Below, piece after piece: positions 32,878-45,701 of a DNA stretch of 64,000 nt. The position numbers and the translations under genes were made by a program. The stretch spans positions 512,001 to 576,000 of the forward strand of contig CAVOXA010000001.1 of assembly GCA_963700285.1 (NCBI GenBank), in the 5' to 3' direction. The notes below the pieces were generated by a model. It saw only the letters and a program-made list of their open reading frames with translations. It was not told where the DNA came from and made no database searches. This stretch comes from an uncultured Chloroflexia bacterium (GTDB lineage: Bacteria > Chloroflexota > Anaerolineae > JAAYZQ01). Within the stretch, counting starts at the first letter, position 1. The number at the start of each line of letters is the position of its first letter.

Positions 32878-33092
32878 TTGACAGGTTCTCCCTTTGATGT
32901 TATACTGGCGCCGAAAAGTGTGGAGGGATTAGAGGTTTCTTTGAGCATACAACAAGATATCAGATCGGTGGCGTTCGACAACCCTAGCAGTGATCCTCTG
33001 CCGCCAGACTCCCGGTCTGGATAGCTATCGCGCGCCGTCGGTGCCTGCCTCTTAGGCCAGCTCTCCAGACCAGGGGAGGGACTGGTTTTTTT
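32878..33092 (+). promoter_or_regulatory. Promoter and candidate leader-peptide transcription attenuator
   Basis: TTGACA-17-TATACT; 27-codon ORF 32941-33024 with 4 Pro codons; mutually exclusive helices; terminator 33055-33092 with U-tract. Confidence 0.6.
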
Positions 33093-33127
33093 GTTGCGTT
33101 TGGCAGGGATGCTTTACAGAGGAAGAC

Positions 33128-33761
33128 ATGAAAGTCCTGGCCGTAAGCGACAAGGTGGATGAACTACTCTATAGTCCGGCCATCAAGCATCTGTTTGGTG
33201 AAGTAGATCTGGTATTAGGCTGCGGGGATCTGCCTCACTACTACCTGGAGTTCATCACGACCTTGCTGGGCGGGCCGCTGTTCTATGTCATTGGTAACCA
33301 TGCCAACGAGATCAAGCATTCCCATCAGCCCAGGCTCCGGTGGGAATACCCAGGAGGCTGTGTGAACATTGACGGGCGCGTCGTCCAGTCCAAGGGTTTG
33401 CTCGTTGCTGGTCTGGAGGGTTCGATGCGCTACAACGACAGGGAGCACTTTCAGTACCGTGAAGGGGAGATGGCCCGGAAGGCATGGGGCCTGGCTCCCT
33501 CGCTGGTGATGAACAAGCTGTTCCACGGTCGGTATCTGGATATCTTGATCACCCACGCACCGCCCAAAGGCATCCACGACAAGCCGGACCTGTGTCATCA
33601 GGGATTCCGCGCTTTTGTGACGTTCATGGATCGCTTTCGGCCGCGCTATCTGATCCATGGGCACGTACATGTCTACAGCCCGAACGAGACGACGGAGAGC
33701 GTGTATCGGGATACGACCGTAATCAACGCCTATGGCTATCGAACTCTGGAGATAAGTCCTG

Positions 33762-33772
<11 letters not shown>
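33128..33772 (+). CDS. Metallophosphoesterase (calcineurin-like)
   Basis: VSD, CGD, GNH, THAPP and HGH motifs. Confidence 0.9.
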
Positions 33773-35893
<2,121 letters not shown>

Positions 35894-35959
35894 GGGAGAC
35901 CCTACCAAAATAGGGCGGCCAAGTTGCTGTCTGCCGTGGCAAAACCATGGCTTTGGCTC

Positions 35960-35993
35960 AGAGCCCCCTCGTTGAGAGGGGGCTCTTTTTTTT
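35960..35993 (+). terminator. Intrinsic terminator after proS
   Basis: AGAGCCCCCTC/GAGGGGGCTCT stem plus T-run. Confidence 0.88.
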
Positions 35994-36204
35994 CCCAACA
36001 CCTGGTGTTTCTTGGCGCAGTCCATCTTCATCGTCAGTCTACTTTGCTCCACCCTTGTCGAACCGCATACCATAGACACAGAATACTGTATTTCATCCCC
36101 CTGTTTCTAGTTTCTGTACGCGAAGCTAATATTGTACAGTCCGCCATGAGTGTCCAGTATCCTGCTTTCTATATTAAAATTTCCGGCCTATGACCACATA
36201 ATGC

Positions 36205-36277
36205 TTGACACCAGTACATTAATATGGTATGATTAGTTCAGGATGAATAGCATAGATCAACTACTCAGTACTGAATA
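36205..36277 (+). promoter_or_regulatory. Promoter and palindromic operator of cytochrome operon 1
   Basis: TTGACA-17-TATGAT with extended -10; TACTCAGTACTGAATA at 36262-36277. Confidence 0.7.
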
Positions 36278-36336
36278 ATTCTTGACACAGAAATGCTTGC
36301 AAAGGAGCAGTTTCATGAATCATAAAGTTTGAAGGC

Positions 36337-37021
36337 TTGATCCCCGAAAGCGGAGGCCCATCTCTACCGAGCGACCAGAAAGCGGGAGTCTCCCGCCGGA
36401 CCTTTCTGAAGGTTGGCTTGGGAGGAGGTTTGCTGGTTGCGGTAGGCAGCAGATGGCTCCCTTATTCCCAGGCGCTGGAGCAAGTCGAGAGTGAGTATGT
36501 CCTGATCATCGACCTCAACAAGTGCACCGGCTGTGGCGCCTGCGAGCTGGCCTGCAACCAGCGCAACAACCTCCCCGAGGGCAAGAGCTTCATCCATCGC
36601 TTGCGCAAGGGCGATGACGCCAGATTGCTGGTGTCTTCCGGTCCAGTGCCAGCACTGCCAGGATGCACCTTGCGAGCAAGTATGCCCTGCCAGCGCCACC
36701 TACCATCACCCCAGCGGCGTGGTCCTGGTCAACGATAAGACCTGTGTGGGCTGCAAGTACTGCGCCGTGGCCTGTCCCTACGACGCCCGCGTCTATGACG
36801 AGGAGACAGGCGTGGTGAACAAGTGCTGGCTGTGCCTGGACTGGGTGCTGGGCGGCGGCCAGCCGGCTTGTGTCCAGGCCTGTGTCCAGGGAGCGCGGAT
36901 CTTTGGCCGGCGGGACGATCCCGAGATCGCCGAACTCCTGGCTTCGGGCCGCGCTCAGGCCCTGCATCCCGAATTCGGCACCAAGCCGGGCGTCGTGTAC
37001 TATATCTTTCCCGGCAGCTAG
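36337..37021 (+). CDS. Tat-exported 4x[4Fe-4S] ferredoxin subunit (NrfC/PsrB-like), frameshift near 36625
   Basis: SRRTFLK Tat motif; CTGCGAC, CQHCQDAPC, CVGCKYC and KCWLC...PACV. Confidence 0.9.
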
Positions 37022-37048
37022 GCGCAATCGCTGGAACGGAGGTCAACG

Positions 37049-37998
37049 GTGGCTGAACATCATTGGGGCTGGTTGGTCGCAATCTATCTCTTCCTGGGCG
37101 GCATGGGCGCAGGCTCGTTCATCATGGCCTCACTGGTCGAGTTGACCGGCGAGCGATACAAGCACAAATACTGTCCCACGACCATGGTCGGGCGCTGGCG
37201 TCAGCGGCCCGCTGATCCTGATCGGCACGGTCCTGCTCATCTTTGACCTGGGTGCCGGCTTGCGCGAGCCGTGGCGCATCCTCTACATGTTCACCAACTT
37301 CGAGCTCGGTCATGACCTGGGGCATCTGGATCCTGACCCTTTTCCTGCCCATCGCCTTTCTCTATGGGCTCCTGGAGATCATGCACGTCCACCCCGGGAT
37401 CCTGGCCTGGGCGCGCAAGCGGCTGCGCTTCCTGCCCGAGACGCTGCCCTACCGCGGCATCAAGCGTGTGGTGTGCAGCGTGGGCATCGTGCTGGCCGTG
37501 GGCACGGCCATCTATACCGGGGTGCTGCTCAGCGTGGTCAAGGCCGTGCCGCTGTGGAACACGCCGATCCTGCCCGCCCTCTTTCTCGTCTCGGCCATCT
37601 CCACGGGCATGGGCCTGTGCCTTGACCTGTCGGCCACCCTGGCCGTCCCCGAACTCCACCGCCGCTTCAACAACATGCCCCTCGTCCACATGATCCTCAT
37701 CGGGCTGGAGATGGCCCTGCTGGCTCTGCTGCTGATGCACGGCCCTGAACCAGGGCGGAGAGGCGGCCGAATCGGCCCAGCTGATCCTCATCGGGCAATG
37801 GGAGCGTGATCTTCTGGGTGCTGGTCGTCGGCTTTGGCATGTTGTATCCCCTTCATGGTTCACGTCTATGCCTTTGCCCGCAGCAGCCACGGCTACGTCT
37901 CCGGCATCCTGTCAGGAGCGGGGATCGTGATCGCTGGCCTGTTCGTGCGCTACCTGATCGTGGCCGCGGCCATCCCGGTTGGACCTTGGGGTGGCTGA
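37049..37998 (+). CDS. NrfD/PsrC-family quinol-interacting membrane subunit (several frameshifts)
   Basis: WGWLVAIYLFLGG, DLG, SVMTWG, YTGVLL...PLWNTP and terminal RY motifs. Confidence 0.88.
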
Positions 37999-38043
37999 GG
38001 CTGGATACCTGCCAGCACGATTTGAACCTCGAAGAGGAGAACA

Positions 38044-39181
38044 ATGAGTCAGAAACTCAGTCTTCGCCGAATCAGAAAGTGGCCACGGTGGACCATCATC
38101 CCCATCGGCCTGGCGCTGGCCGGGCTGGCCATCGTGCTGGGGCTGATGCTGGAGCCGGCGGCCGACGCCCTGAGTCCCGCCACGGTCGAGCCGACGCCCA
38201 CGATGCCGACCATTGCCTACAGCGAGGGCACAAGTCGGACGGCTGCCACGACTGCCACTTTTCGCTGGCGGCACTGCAGGCCAGCGCTGCAGACCCGAGC
38301 ACTGCCGAGACGCTATCTGATCGAGGCCGAGTCGATAGTGACGCCCCACGGCAAGCTGGGCTGCCTGGCCTGCCATGGCGGCGACGGCGAGGCCGCAGGA
38401 CAAGGAGACGGCCCACCAGGGCCTCGTCGCCGACATGAGCGCCCAGGATCCGGAAAAGTGCGTCATCTGCCACGAGGATCTGCCCGACGAGATCCCCAGC
38501 GACCGGCTGCGCGTGCCCCACGGCGACATCGTCGAGCGGCATCGAGCAGGGCGAGCCATGCGACGTCCACTGCAGCGATTGCCACGGCGGCGTGGGCCAC
38601 GGCTTTGACCCGTCTCGGGCGAAAAGTTCTGCTCCATGACCGTCTGCCTGGACTGCCACCAGGAGCAGAAACCTGGAGATCCAGATGGCCGACTGCGATG
38701 CCTGCCACCTCGGCCCGCACGACGTGGCCATCTCGCTCACCTGCAACGACTGCCACACCTCCACTGAAGTGTGGCAGCGAGGTGGACTGCGGCATCCACC
38801 CGTGGCGCTGCCGGGCAAGCATGGCGAGACGGCCTGCTTCCAGTGCCACCAGTATCCCAACTTTAAGGGGCTGAACAACGTCTGCACCGACTGCCACGTG
38901 TCGGGCCACACCGACTGGGGCGATCACGACTGTGCCGAGTGCCACGACCCGGGCGGCACCTGGGACATGACGGCCTCGACCTGGGAAGGCCACGTCGAAC
39001 ACTGGGATCAGTACAAGGGCCAGCACCTCAAGGTGACCTGTGCTGGCTGCCACTTTGAGGGCTACCGACCTCGATCCCAGCTGCACGACCTGCCACACGG
39101 TACCCGAGAGCCACGACGACGGGCGGGCCGAGGATCGACTGCACAGCCTGCCACCAGGCGGACCAGCCGTGGGCGGAATAG
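38044..39181 (+). CDS. Membrane-anchored multiheme cytochrome c (about 13 CxxCH; frameshifted)
   Basis: N-terminal TM; CHDCH, CLACH, CVICH, CSDCH, CLDCH, CDACH, CNDCH, CFQCH, CTDCH, CAECH, CAGCH, CTTCH, CTACH read across frames. Confidence 0.85.
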
Positions 39182-39231
39182 AGATCAGACAGGCGAAGCT
39201 CTGATCAGCATTGAGGCTGAGAGAGAGACTC

Positions 39232-40690
39232 ATGAGCAAAACAAAGAGGTTGCCGAGTATCATGGGGCTGGCAGTCGTGATAGTGCTGCTTGCTCCTGGC
39301 AGCCCTGGTCGCTGACCGGCTGTGCGCCGAGCCGGCGGCCATCGCCGCCGTGGAGCCGACGGCCACCGCTCTATCCCCCACCGCCGACCGACATCCCTGC
39401 CTCCGCCGCCGGGACCGACGCCGGCGGCCCTGGATTTTCCGCTTGCCGGCTCCCACGCATACGGTCGAGGTGGAGCAGGTGGACGACCAGAACTGCGTGG
39501 ATTGCCACACCGACGAGGAGACGTTAAAGGCCATGGCCACAGAAGGAAGAAGAGCCAGGAAGTCGACTCTGAGGGTGAGGGCTGAGGTGGCTCATTGCCT
39601 CCGTTGGAGGCATGGGAAAAGGTCATCCTCAACCAGGAATCGTTCTTTGAGACGGTGCACGGTCGCTATGGCTGCATCACCTGCCACGGCGGGACCGGCG
39701 ACGCGGTCGACAAAGAGGCGGCCCACGAGGGCATGGTCCGCGAGCCCGCTTCGGCTGAGGCCTGCGGCGACTGCCACCCCGACCAGGTGGCCACCGACGG
39801 CGAACAGCCTGCACACCAACCTGGCTGGCTATACGACCGTGCTGGCTGCCCGCAGCGCACCGGACAAGATGGCCCAACTGGACGTGATGATGGACAACCA
39901 CTGCGACAAGTGCCACACCACCTGCGGCCAATGCCACGTCAGCCGGCCCACGAACCTGGGAGGCGGCCTGGTGGCAGGGCCACGAGTTCAAGGGGATCCC
40001 GCCCATGAACCTGACCTGCACCGGCTGTCACGGCAGCCGCATCGAGAACGAGTACAAGGGCAAGAACGAGGGCGTCAAGGCTGATGTCCACTGGATCAAG
40101 GGCGGCATGCCCTGCTTTGACTGCCACTCGGCCGACGAGATGCACGGGGCCCTGGGCGAGTTCGACCACCGCTACGACGGCCCGCCCACACCAGGCTGCC
40201 AGGATCCGAGCTGCCACCCGACGTGGCGGCCGGCGATGGCATCAGCAGCACACCAGGGTACCACTTTGAGGCGCTGAGCTGCCAGGTGTGCCACTCGACC
40301 ACCTACAAGAACTGCTACAGCTGCCACGTGGCCCTGGAGGATGGTACAGCCTACTTCAAGACCGAACCTTCGGAGATGGCCTTCAAGATCGGGCGCAATC
40401 CGCTCCAGAGCGATGACCGTCCCTGGAAATATGTGCCGGTGCGGCACGTGCCCATCGACCGCGATTCGTTCGCCTACTATGGCGAGGATCTGCTGCCCAA
40501 CTTTGACGCGCTGCCGACCTGGAAGTATGCCACACCGCACAACATCCAGCGCATCACGCCGCAGAACGAGACCTGCAACGCCTGCCATGGCAACGCCGAG
40601 TTCTTCCTGACGGCGGACGACGTGGATCCGGACGAACAGGAGGCCAACAAGGACGTCATCGTCGAGGAGCTGCCGTTCTCGATGCCATAG
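39232..40690 (+). CDS. Multiheme cytochrome c lipoprotein, putative selenoprotein (UGA 39583-39585), copy 1
   Basis: LTGC lipobox; 10 CxxCH plus one CX4CH; EGEG-TGA-GGSLPPLEAWEKV in frame; hairpin after TGA; additional indels. Confidence 0.82.
39586..39616 (+). promoter_or_regulatory. Candidate bacterial SECIS element
   Basis: CTCAT-T-GCCTCC GTT GGAGGC-ATGGG hairpin; loop G follows 17 nt after the UGA. Confidence 0.7.
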
Positions 40691-40760
40691 GTCCTGACTC
40701 CCACGGGCGCTAGGAGGCAAGCCCGTGGGGGGCTGAGAAGCCGGAAAGCTGGGAGTAGAA

Positions 40761-42284
40761 GTGATGACGATGCCAGCCACGACCAAAACCGACCTGCTGC
40801 TTCTCGGCCTGTTGCTGGACCGGCCCATGCACGGCTATGAGCTGTACCAGCAGATCCAGGCCGAAGGCATTGACCGCTGGTTCAACATCAGTGCCGCCGG
40901 CGTGTACTACTCTCTGCGCAAATTGCGCGATCAGGGACTGGTGGCCGAATCCCGCCAGCGAGCAGGAGGAAGCGCTCGCAAATCTATCTATCGCTTGACC
41001 GAGAAAGGCCGGATCGCCTTCTTTGAAGCGATGGACGTGGAGCTGGCCAACCGGGATGAGATCTATCTGGACTATGACCTGGCCATCTATCTGTTAAACA
41101 AGTATCCTCTGGTACGGGCACTGTCTCACCTGGAGCAGCGCCAGGCTTTTCTTGAAGAACAGGCTCAAGTGGTGCGGTCAGCCGTGACTGCGGAACGAAA
41201 CAATGGTAGCTCGCCCCTGAAACTGGCCATTCTGGACCACAAGCGCCGGTTCCTGGAGATGGAGCAGAAATGGCTGGCCGACGTCATCCAGAATATTCAG
41301 GAGAACGGTGAAAATTCCGGCGTCGAGGAGGGAGGACGGCGACGTCTAATGGTCCTTAGCGGGGAACTGCGTCACTATCACCTGCCTGACCTGATGCGCC
41401 TCATTGTCTCGGGCCGGCACAGCGGTACGTTGAAGGTCACCGATGGGGCAGAACTCCGCACCCTGAGTTTCGAGGGTGGGCAGCCGGTCTATGCTTCCTA
41501 TGTGCGTGCTGGTGAGCCGCCCGTGGCGCTGCCCTCCTGTGATGAGGTACTGGATGGACTGTGCGATCTGTTTCGCTGGCAGGAGGGCCAGTTTACTTTT
41601 GACCAGCAAACAGACCATGAGGAATGGAGCGTGGCTCTGGAATGCAGCGCTGAGGAACTGATGTTGCGGGGCTGCCGCAAAGTGGACAATTGGGCCATCA
41701 TCCAGAACCTGGTTGCTTCTGGCGATGCCATCTTTGAAGTGGGTTCTGCTGCCAGCACGCTGGAACGTCTGACGCTTCTGCCGGGTGAGGAACGGGTGGT
41801 GGCAGCGGTAGATGGCGTCAAGGACGTGGCGACCGTCGCCCGAGATCTGGATCTGACATTGTTTGAGACCAGCCGGATCTTTTACTGTCTGGCCGCCATT
41901 GGGGTGTTGCGTACCGCCGACCTGGACAAGATCCGCTTGCGGCGCGTCTTTCGAGAGATAGCCGAGCTGATATGTACCAGCACCATCCCCTGGCGTGCTA
42001 GCCCGGATGATAGGGCCTGCGAGGAGGAGGTCAACCATAGGGTTAGGCATTTACCTCTGAGGCTGGAAAACGGACGGATGATAGACCTGGCCGATCCCCA
42101 ACTGGGGATGGAGGAACTGAAAGAGATGTATCTCCAGTTTCTGGTGGACCAGTTCCGGGTCATCAGCCAGCGCTTTGGGCACTCGAACGCCCGTCAAGCT
42201 TTCGAACGGGCTTTGCACCAACTGGCGCCTGAGCTACAGGCAGTGGCCAAGCGCTATGGCTTTGATCGACTGACGATTAACTAG
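40761..42284 (+). CDS. PadR-family regulator fused to a DUF4388/PATAN-like domain, copy 1
   Basis: LLGLLLDRPMHGYEL...YRLTEKGR PadR; LSGEL....LPDL......SG.L...LFRWQEGQFTF DUF4388-like. Confidence 0.85.
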   Translation: MMTMPATTKTDLLLLGLLLDRPMHGYELYQQIQAEGIDRWFNISAAGVYYSLRKLRDQGLVAESRQRAGGSARKSIYRLTEKGRIAFFEAMDVELANRDEIYLDYDLAIYLLNKYPLVRALSHLEQRQAFLEEQAQVVRSAVTAERNNGSSPLKLAILDHKRRFLEMEQKWLADVIQNIQENGENSGVEEGGRRRLMVLSGELRHYHLPDLMRLIVSGRHSGTLKVTDGAELRTLSFEGGQPVYASYVRAGEPPVALPSCDEVLDGLCDLFRWQEGQFTFDQQTDHEEWSVALECSAEELMLRGCRKVDNWAIIQNLVASGDAIFEVGSAASTLERLTLLPGEERVVAAVDGVKDVATVARDLDLTLFETSRIFYCLAAIGVLRTADLDKIRLRRVFREIAELICTSTIPWRASPDDRACEEEVNHRVRHLPLRLENGRMIDLADPQLGMEELKEMYLQFLVDQFRVISQRFGHSNARQAFERALHQLAPELQAVAKRYGFDRLTIN

Positions 42285-42320
42285 GCAGTACTTTCTCCAA
42301 ACCCTGGAAGGAGGAACATT

Positions 42321-42722
42321 ATGGCAACGGATCAGAAGGGTGGAAATGGTTGGACGGGGCTTATGCGCTGGACAGCGCGGATCTTGGCTCTGATCGTGGG
42401 CGGTCTCTTTGCGTACTTTGCGGTCGAGTTCGGCGCAAAGGCATTCTCCAGTCTGTCTCTAACTAGCGCTCAGGGCCTGCCTCTGCTGCTTGGCTTGCTG
42501 GTGGCGATCCTGGGCACCCTCATCGCCTGGCGCTGGGAGCTGGTTGGCGGTGTGATGGCCGTGGCTGGTGCGGTTGTCGTCATGGCCCTAGTCTGCGTAG
42601 GGTCGGGCCTTGACATGCTGTACTGTGCTTTCCTGTTCACACTGCCCCTGCTGACGGCTGGCGTCCTATACCTGGGCTGCTGCTGGCAGACGAGGCAGAC
42701 CAGGTCTTTGCACAGCGCATAG
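42321..42722 (+). CDS. Small 4-TM membrane protein with Cys residues, paralogue A
   Basis: Hydrophobic 133 aa; AWRWELVGG; AGGAGG RBS. Confidence 0.75.
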   Translation: MATDQKGGNGWTGLMRWTARILALIVGGLFAYFAVEFGAKAFSSLSLTSAQGLPLLLGLLVAILGTLIAWRWELVGGVMAVAGAVVVMALVCVGSGLDMLYCAFLFTLPLLTAGVLYLGCCWQTRQTRSLHSA

Positions 42723-42880
42723 TGTACGGGCTGGGTGAGAGATGGTTCCAAGCCAGTCTGGGATTGGTGTCGGCCATCCCAGCAGGCGATGGCCAGGCGC
42801 CATGGTTGTGACTGGCCAAAGGCTGTTAGAACGGTGTGTATATGTATACTCTGTCTTGAACGTGAAAAAGGAGGTTAATC

Positions 42881-43282
42881 GTGGCAAAGGTTGAGAGATG
42901 TGACAGTGGTTGGACGACGGCCATGCGCTGGACTGCCCGTATCCTGGCTCTGATTGCGGTCGGACTCTTTGTGTACTTTGCCGTTGAGTTCGGCACCAAG
43001 GTCTTTCCGTCGCTGGCTTGGACCAATCCGCAAGGGATCCCGCTCCTGATCGCCCTGGTATTGGCGCTGGCGGGGGTCATCATTGCCTGGCGGTGGGAGC
43101 TGATCGGGGGCATGATCGCGGTCGGTTGCTCTGCAGCGATCATCGCCCTGGTCTGCGCAGGGTCGGGTATGGACATGCTCCTCTGCGCCCTCTACTTTAC
43201 TCTGCCGCTTTTGCTGGCTGGTGTTCTGTACCTGGTTTGCTGCTGGCGGACTAGAAGGGCGTCTCAGTCACAGAGTGCATAG
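42881..43282 (+). CDS. Small 4-TM membrane protein with Cys residues, paralogue B
   Basis: Same length and motifs as paralogue A (RWTARILALI, AWRWEL.GG, YL.CCW). Confidence 0.75.
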   Translation: MAKVERCDSGWTTAMRWTARILALIAVGLFVYFAVEFGTKVFPSLAWTNPQGIPLLIALVLALAGVIIAWRWELIGGMIAVGCSAAIIALVCAGSGMDMLLCALYFTLPLLLAGVLYLVCCWRTRRASQSQSA

Positions 43283-43364
43283 ACACCCGGAGGAAAGGAA
43301 GCGACACGACGGGCAGGAGCATCTTGCTGGCTGCCAAGATTGGTCGCGGGCGCAAATAGCGCGC

Positions 43365-43958
43365 CTAGGGGTGCAGATGCTGGTCCAGATGTTGGTGTCT
43401 TTCCTCAAACATCTGCATGACTAGCAGGAACTTGACCGGGCGGTCATTTACATTCTGCCAGCGGTGGGGTAGATCAGCGTGGAAAAGCAGGGCATCACCC
43501 GCTGAGAGGTGGTGGTGCTCGCCATCGATCTCATAATCAAGTTCACCCTCGAGGCAGAAGACCAACTCGTGTCCGGAATGGACCATTACTCTTTTTCCAC
43601 TGCTGGCACCGGCCTCCATGGTGACCATGAAGGGGTCGCATGCCTGCTGCTCCAGGCCATAGCCGATGCTTTCCAGGACGACGCTGGCGCTTCCGGAGCG
43701 AGCACGCGCGCCAGCCCGAGTGAGGATAACCCCCTTTTTCTCCACTGGTCCTGTGAAGAATGACGTGATGGGTACCCCCAGGGCCATGGCCAGACGGTGC
43801 AGGGTGGATACGCTGGGAGAAGTCACGCCTCGTTCGATCAGGCTGATAGTATTGGGTGAAAGATCGCAGAGTTCGGCTAACGCGCGCAGCGAAAGACCGC
43901 GCTGGCCACGCAGTTCCTTCAAATACGTCCCAACGTCCGGGGTTTGTTGTTCGCTCAT
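43365..43958 (-). CDS. XRE-family HTH plus cupin regulator
   Basis: LSLRALA...ISLIERG..SPSV HTH; HSGHELVFCLEG cupin. Confidence 0.9.
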   Translation of the reverse strand: MSEQQTPDVGTYLKELRGQRGLSLRALAELCDLSPNTISLIERGVTSPSVSTLHRLAMALGVPITSFFTGPVEKKGVILTRAGARARSGSASVVLESIGYGLEQQACDPFMVTMEAGASSGKRVMVHSGHELVFCLEGELDYEIDGEHHHLSAGDALLFHADLPHRWQNVNDRPVKFLLVMQMFEERHQHLDQHLHP

Positions 43959-44003
43959 CGTGGTTCTCTCCTGGAAGTGATCTACCTCAATCCAGGATTA
44001 TAC

Positions 44004-45251
44004 CACGGCTGTGCGTAGGGACCGGAAAGGCTACCGCTCGGAGATTGGCCGGTAGTGCGACGCGCATCCGGCAGGGTCTCAAAACTGACATCCCGTAGCA
44101 AGCCCAACACCAGGTTATTGATAGCGGCCATCGCTTGTGCTCCTTGGCCCTTCAATCTGCAGCGATCCTCTTTTAGGGTATCATCGCGACGGAAATGAAG
44201 CCCGTTTTCAATGCCCAATGACCACGATTAAGCGCTAACAGTCGGTCCGCATTCGCCTCATCTCTTGTCAGGCTGCTTACGCCATACGAGACTTCCTGGA
44301 AGACCTTGTCATCCGAGGTGCGTACAAAATGGCGTTCTAGACGGAAGACCTGCTCGCAATCAGGCCACTTTACATACTCCTTCAGCATGCTACTGCTGGT
44401 CAGGGTTCGTCGTTCCCGGCGGCCATGTCCTTTTCCATGAGTGGTTGCCGTCTGGAAATCTTTGTGACACGGACTGAATCCACCGGTGCACATTTCGGGC
44501 TCAAACAAGGTTTCGATGTCTCGTTTCAACTGCCCCTGATTGTCCTTCACCCTCCAGACATAGTCCCCACCATCTTCCACTATCGCCATCGATAGCTCCC
44601 GCTGCGTCAACAATGCGTCGCCGGTCACTACTTTTCCTCGCAAATCAAGCTGTTTGATGGCTCGCATGGCGGCTGGAATCTCGTTTTCGTGGCTACCCAC
44701 CTCGACCTGAAACGCGACCCAGCCCTCTTCCGGCAAATATGCGCTTAGTAGATGAACACCTCTAGTTTTACCCTCCGGGATCGTGGCCCGCATCGTCTTG
44801 CCATCCAGATTGATCAGAATGCTTTGTCCTGTCCCCGGCTGCTCCTGAAAGAAATCACGGACTACTTGTTCAAAGGCATCAATGTCTATTGCCTTGTTCA
44901 GAACGCGGCTGTACGTCGTGGCGTGTGGTGCTCGCGCCTTGGACAGCCCCAGGGCCTCGGCCAAAACCTCTTTGCGGAGCGCTACCCACTGTGCAATCCC
45001 GCGTAGATGGTCTTCTCCACTCAGCTTGGCCAGGACGATGAATACCAATACGGTCACCAAGGTGAGCGCAGCCCGCGCGCATCACGTCGATCCTGGAGCT
45101 CGGCCAAGGCGGCGAACAAACTGTCCAAATCAATGACGAGTCCTTCGGGCCTCAGATTGACATCGAACGAAAGCGGAATATACTTCATCTTGCCCCTCCT
45201 TGGTTCCTGGGTTGCTCATCACTCTCCCAATACCAAGGTAGGGGCTTTTTT
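44004..45251 (-). mobile_element. ISAs1-family insertion sequence; transposase starts at 45188 and is frameshifted near 45070 and 44200; ends approximate
   Basis: LDGKT.R, ENEI, VTGDALLTQ, VKDNQ, HGRRERR and RGHW.IEN.LH motifs. Confidence 0.85.
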
Positions 45252-45636
45252 CACACTGTCCGCAGAGTTGCCAATCTGGATGTCACGGGTAATCAGGTTT
45301 GTCGCTCGCGGCCGACTTGTTTGACTTTCTGCTGCGAAGCACCTTAAGGTCAGGCCTGGATGTCACCGACCAGGCCGAGTAACTGGTTCATACGATCCTC
45401 GGTACGGGCCGGCGCATCATTGAGCTGTGGATCCCCCTCGTGCTCCAGATACCTTGGCGCAGCCACCAGCGATCTCGAGGCTGTGACAGGGGACCTGAGT
45501 CCGTGCACCAGCATTGTAGCCAGGTAACGTCTCTGGCTTGTCTCGTTCGATACAGGGTCCAGAAAAGCCCGGGATCATCTGGAAATTGACCGCGCTGTTT
45601 GGTTCCACGATGCACGTGCATTTCTGCTTGCGTGAC

Positions 45637-45686
45637 TTGACATGGCACAGTCCCTGGTGTAGAATACATTCATCTATTGGAATATT
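45637..45686 (+). promoter_or_regulatory. arsR promoter and imperfect inverted-repeat operator
   Basis: TTGACA-17-TAGAAT followed by ATTC-ATCTATTG-GAAT. Confidence 0.6.
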
Positions 45687-45701
45687 CAGGAAGGAGCATG
45701 A

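Noticed and set aside
32907-33092. T-box riboswitch upstream of the proS-containing genes
   Set aside because: I could not find a T-box consensus (UGGNACC bulge) or a specifier stem; the leader-peptide model fits better. An Rfam scan would settle it.
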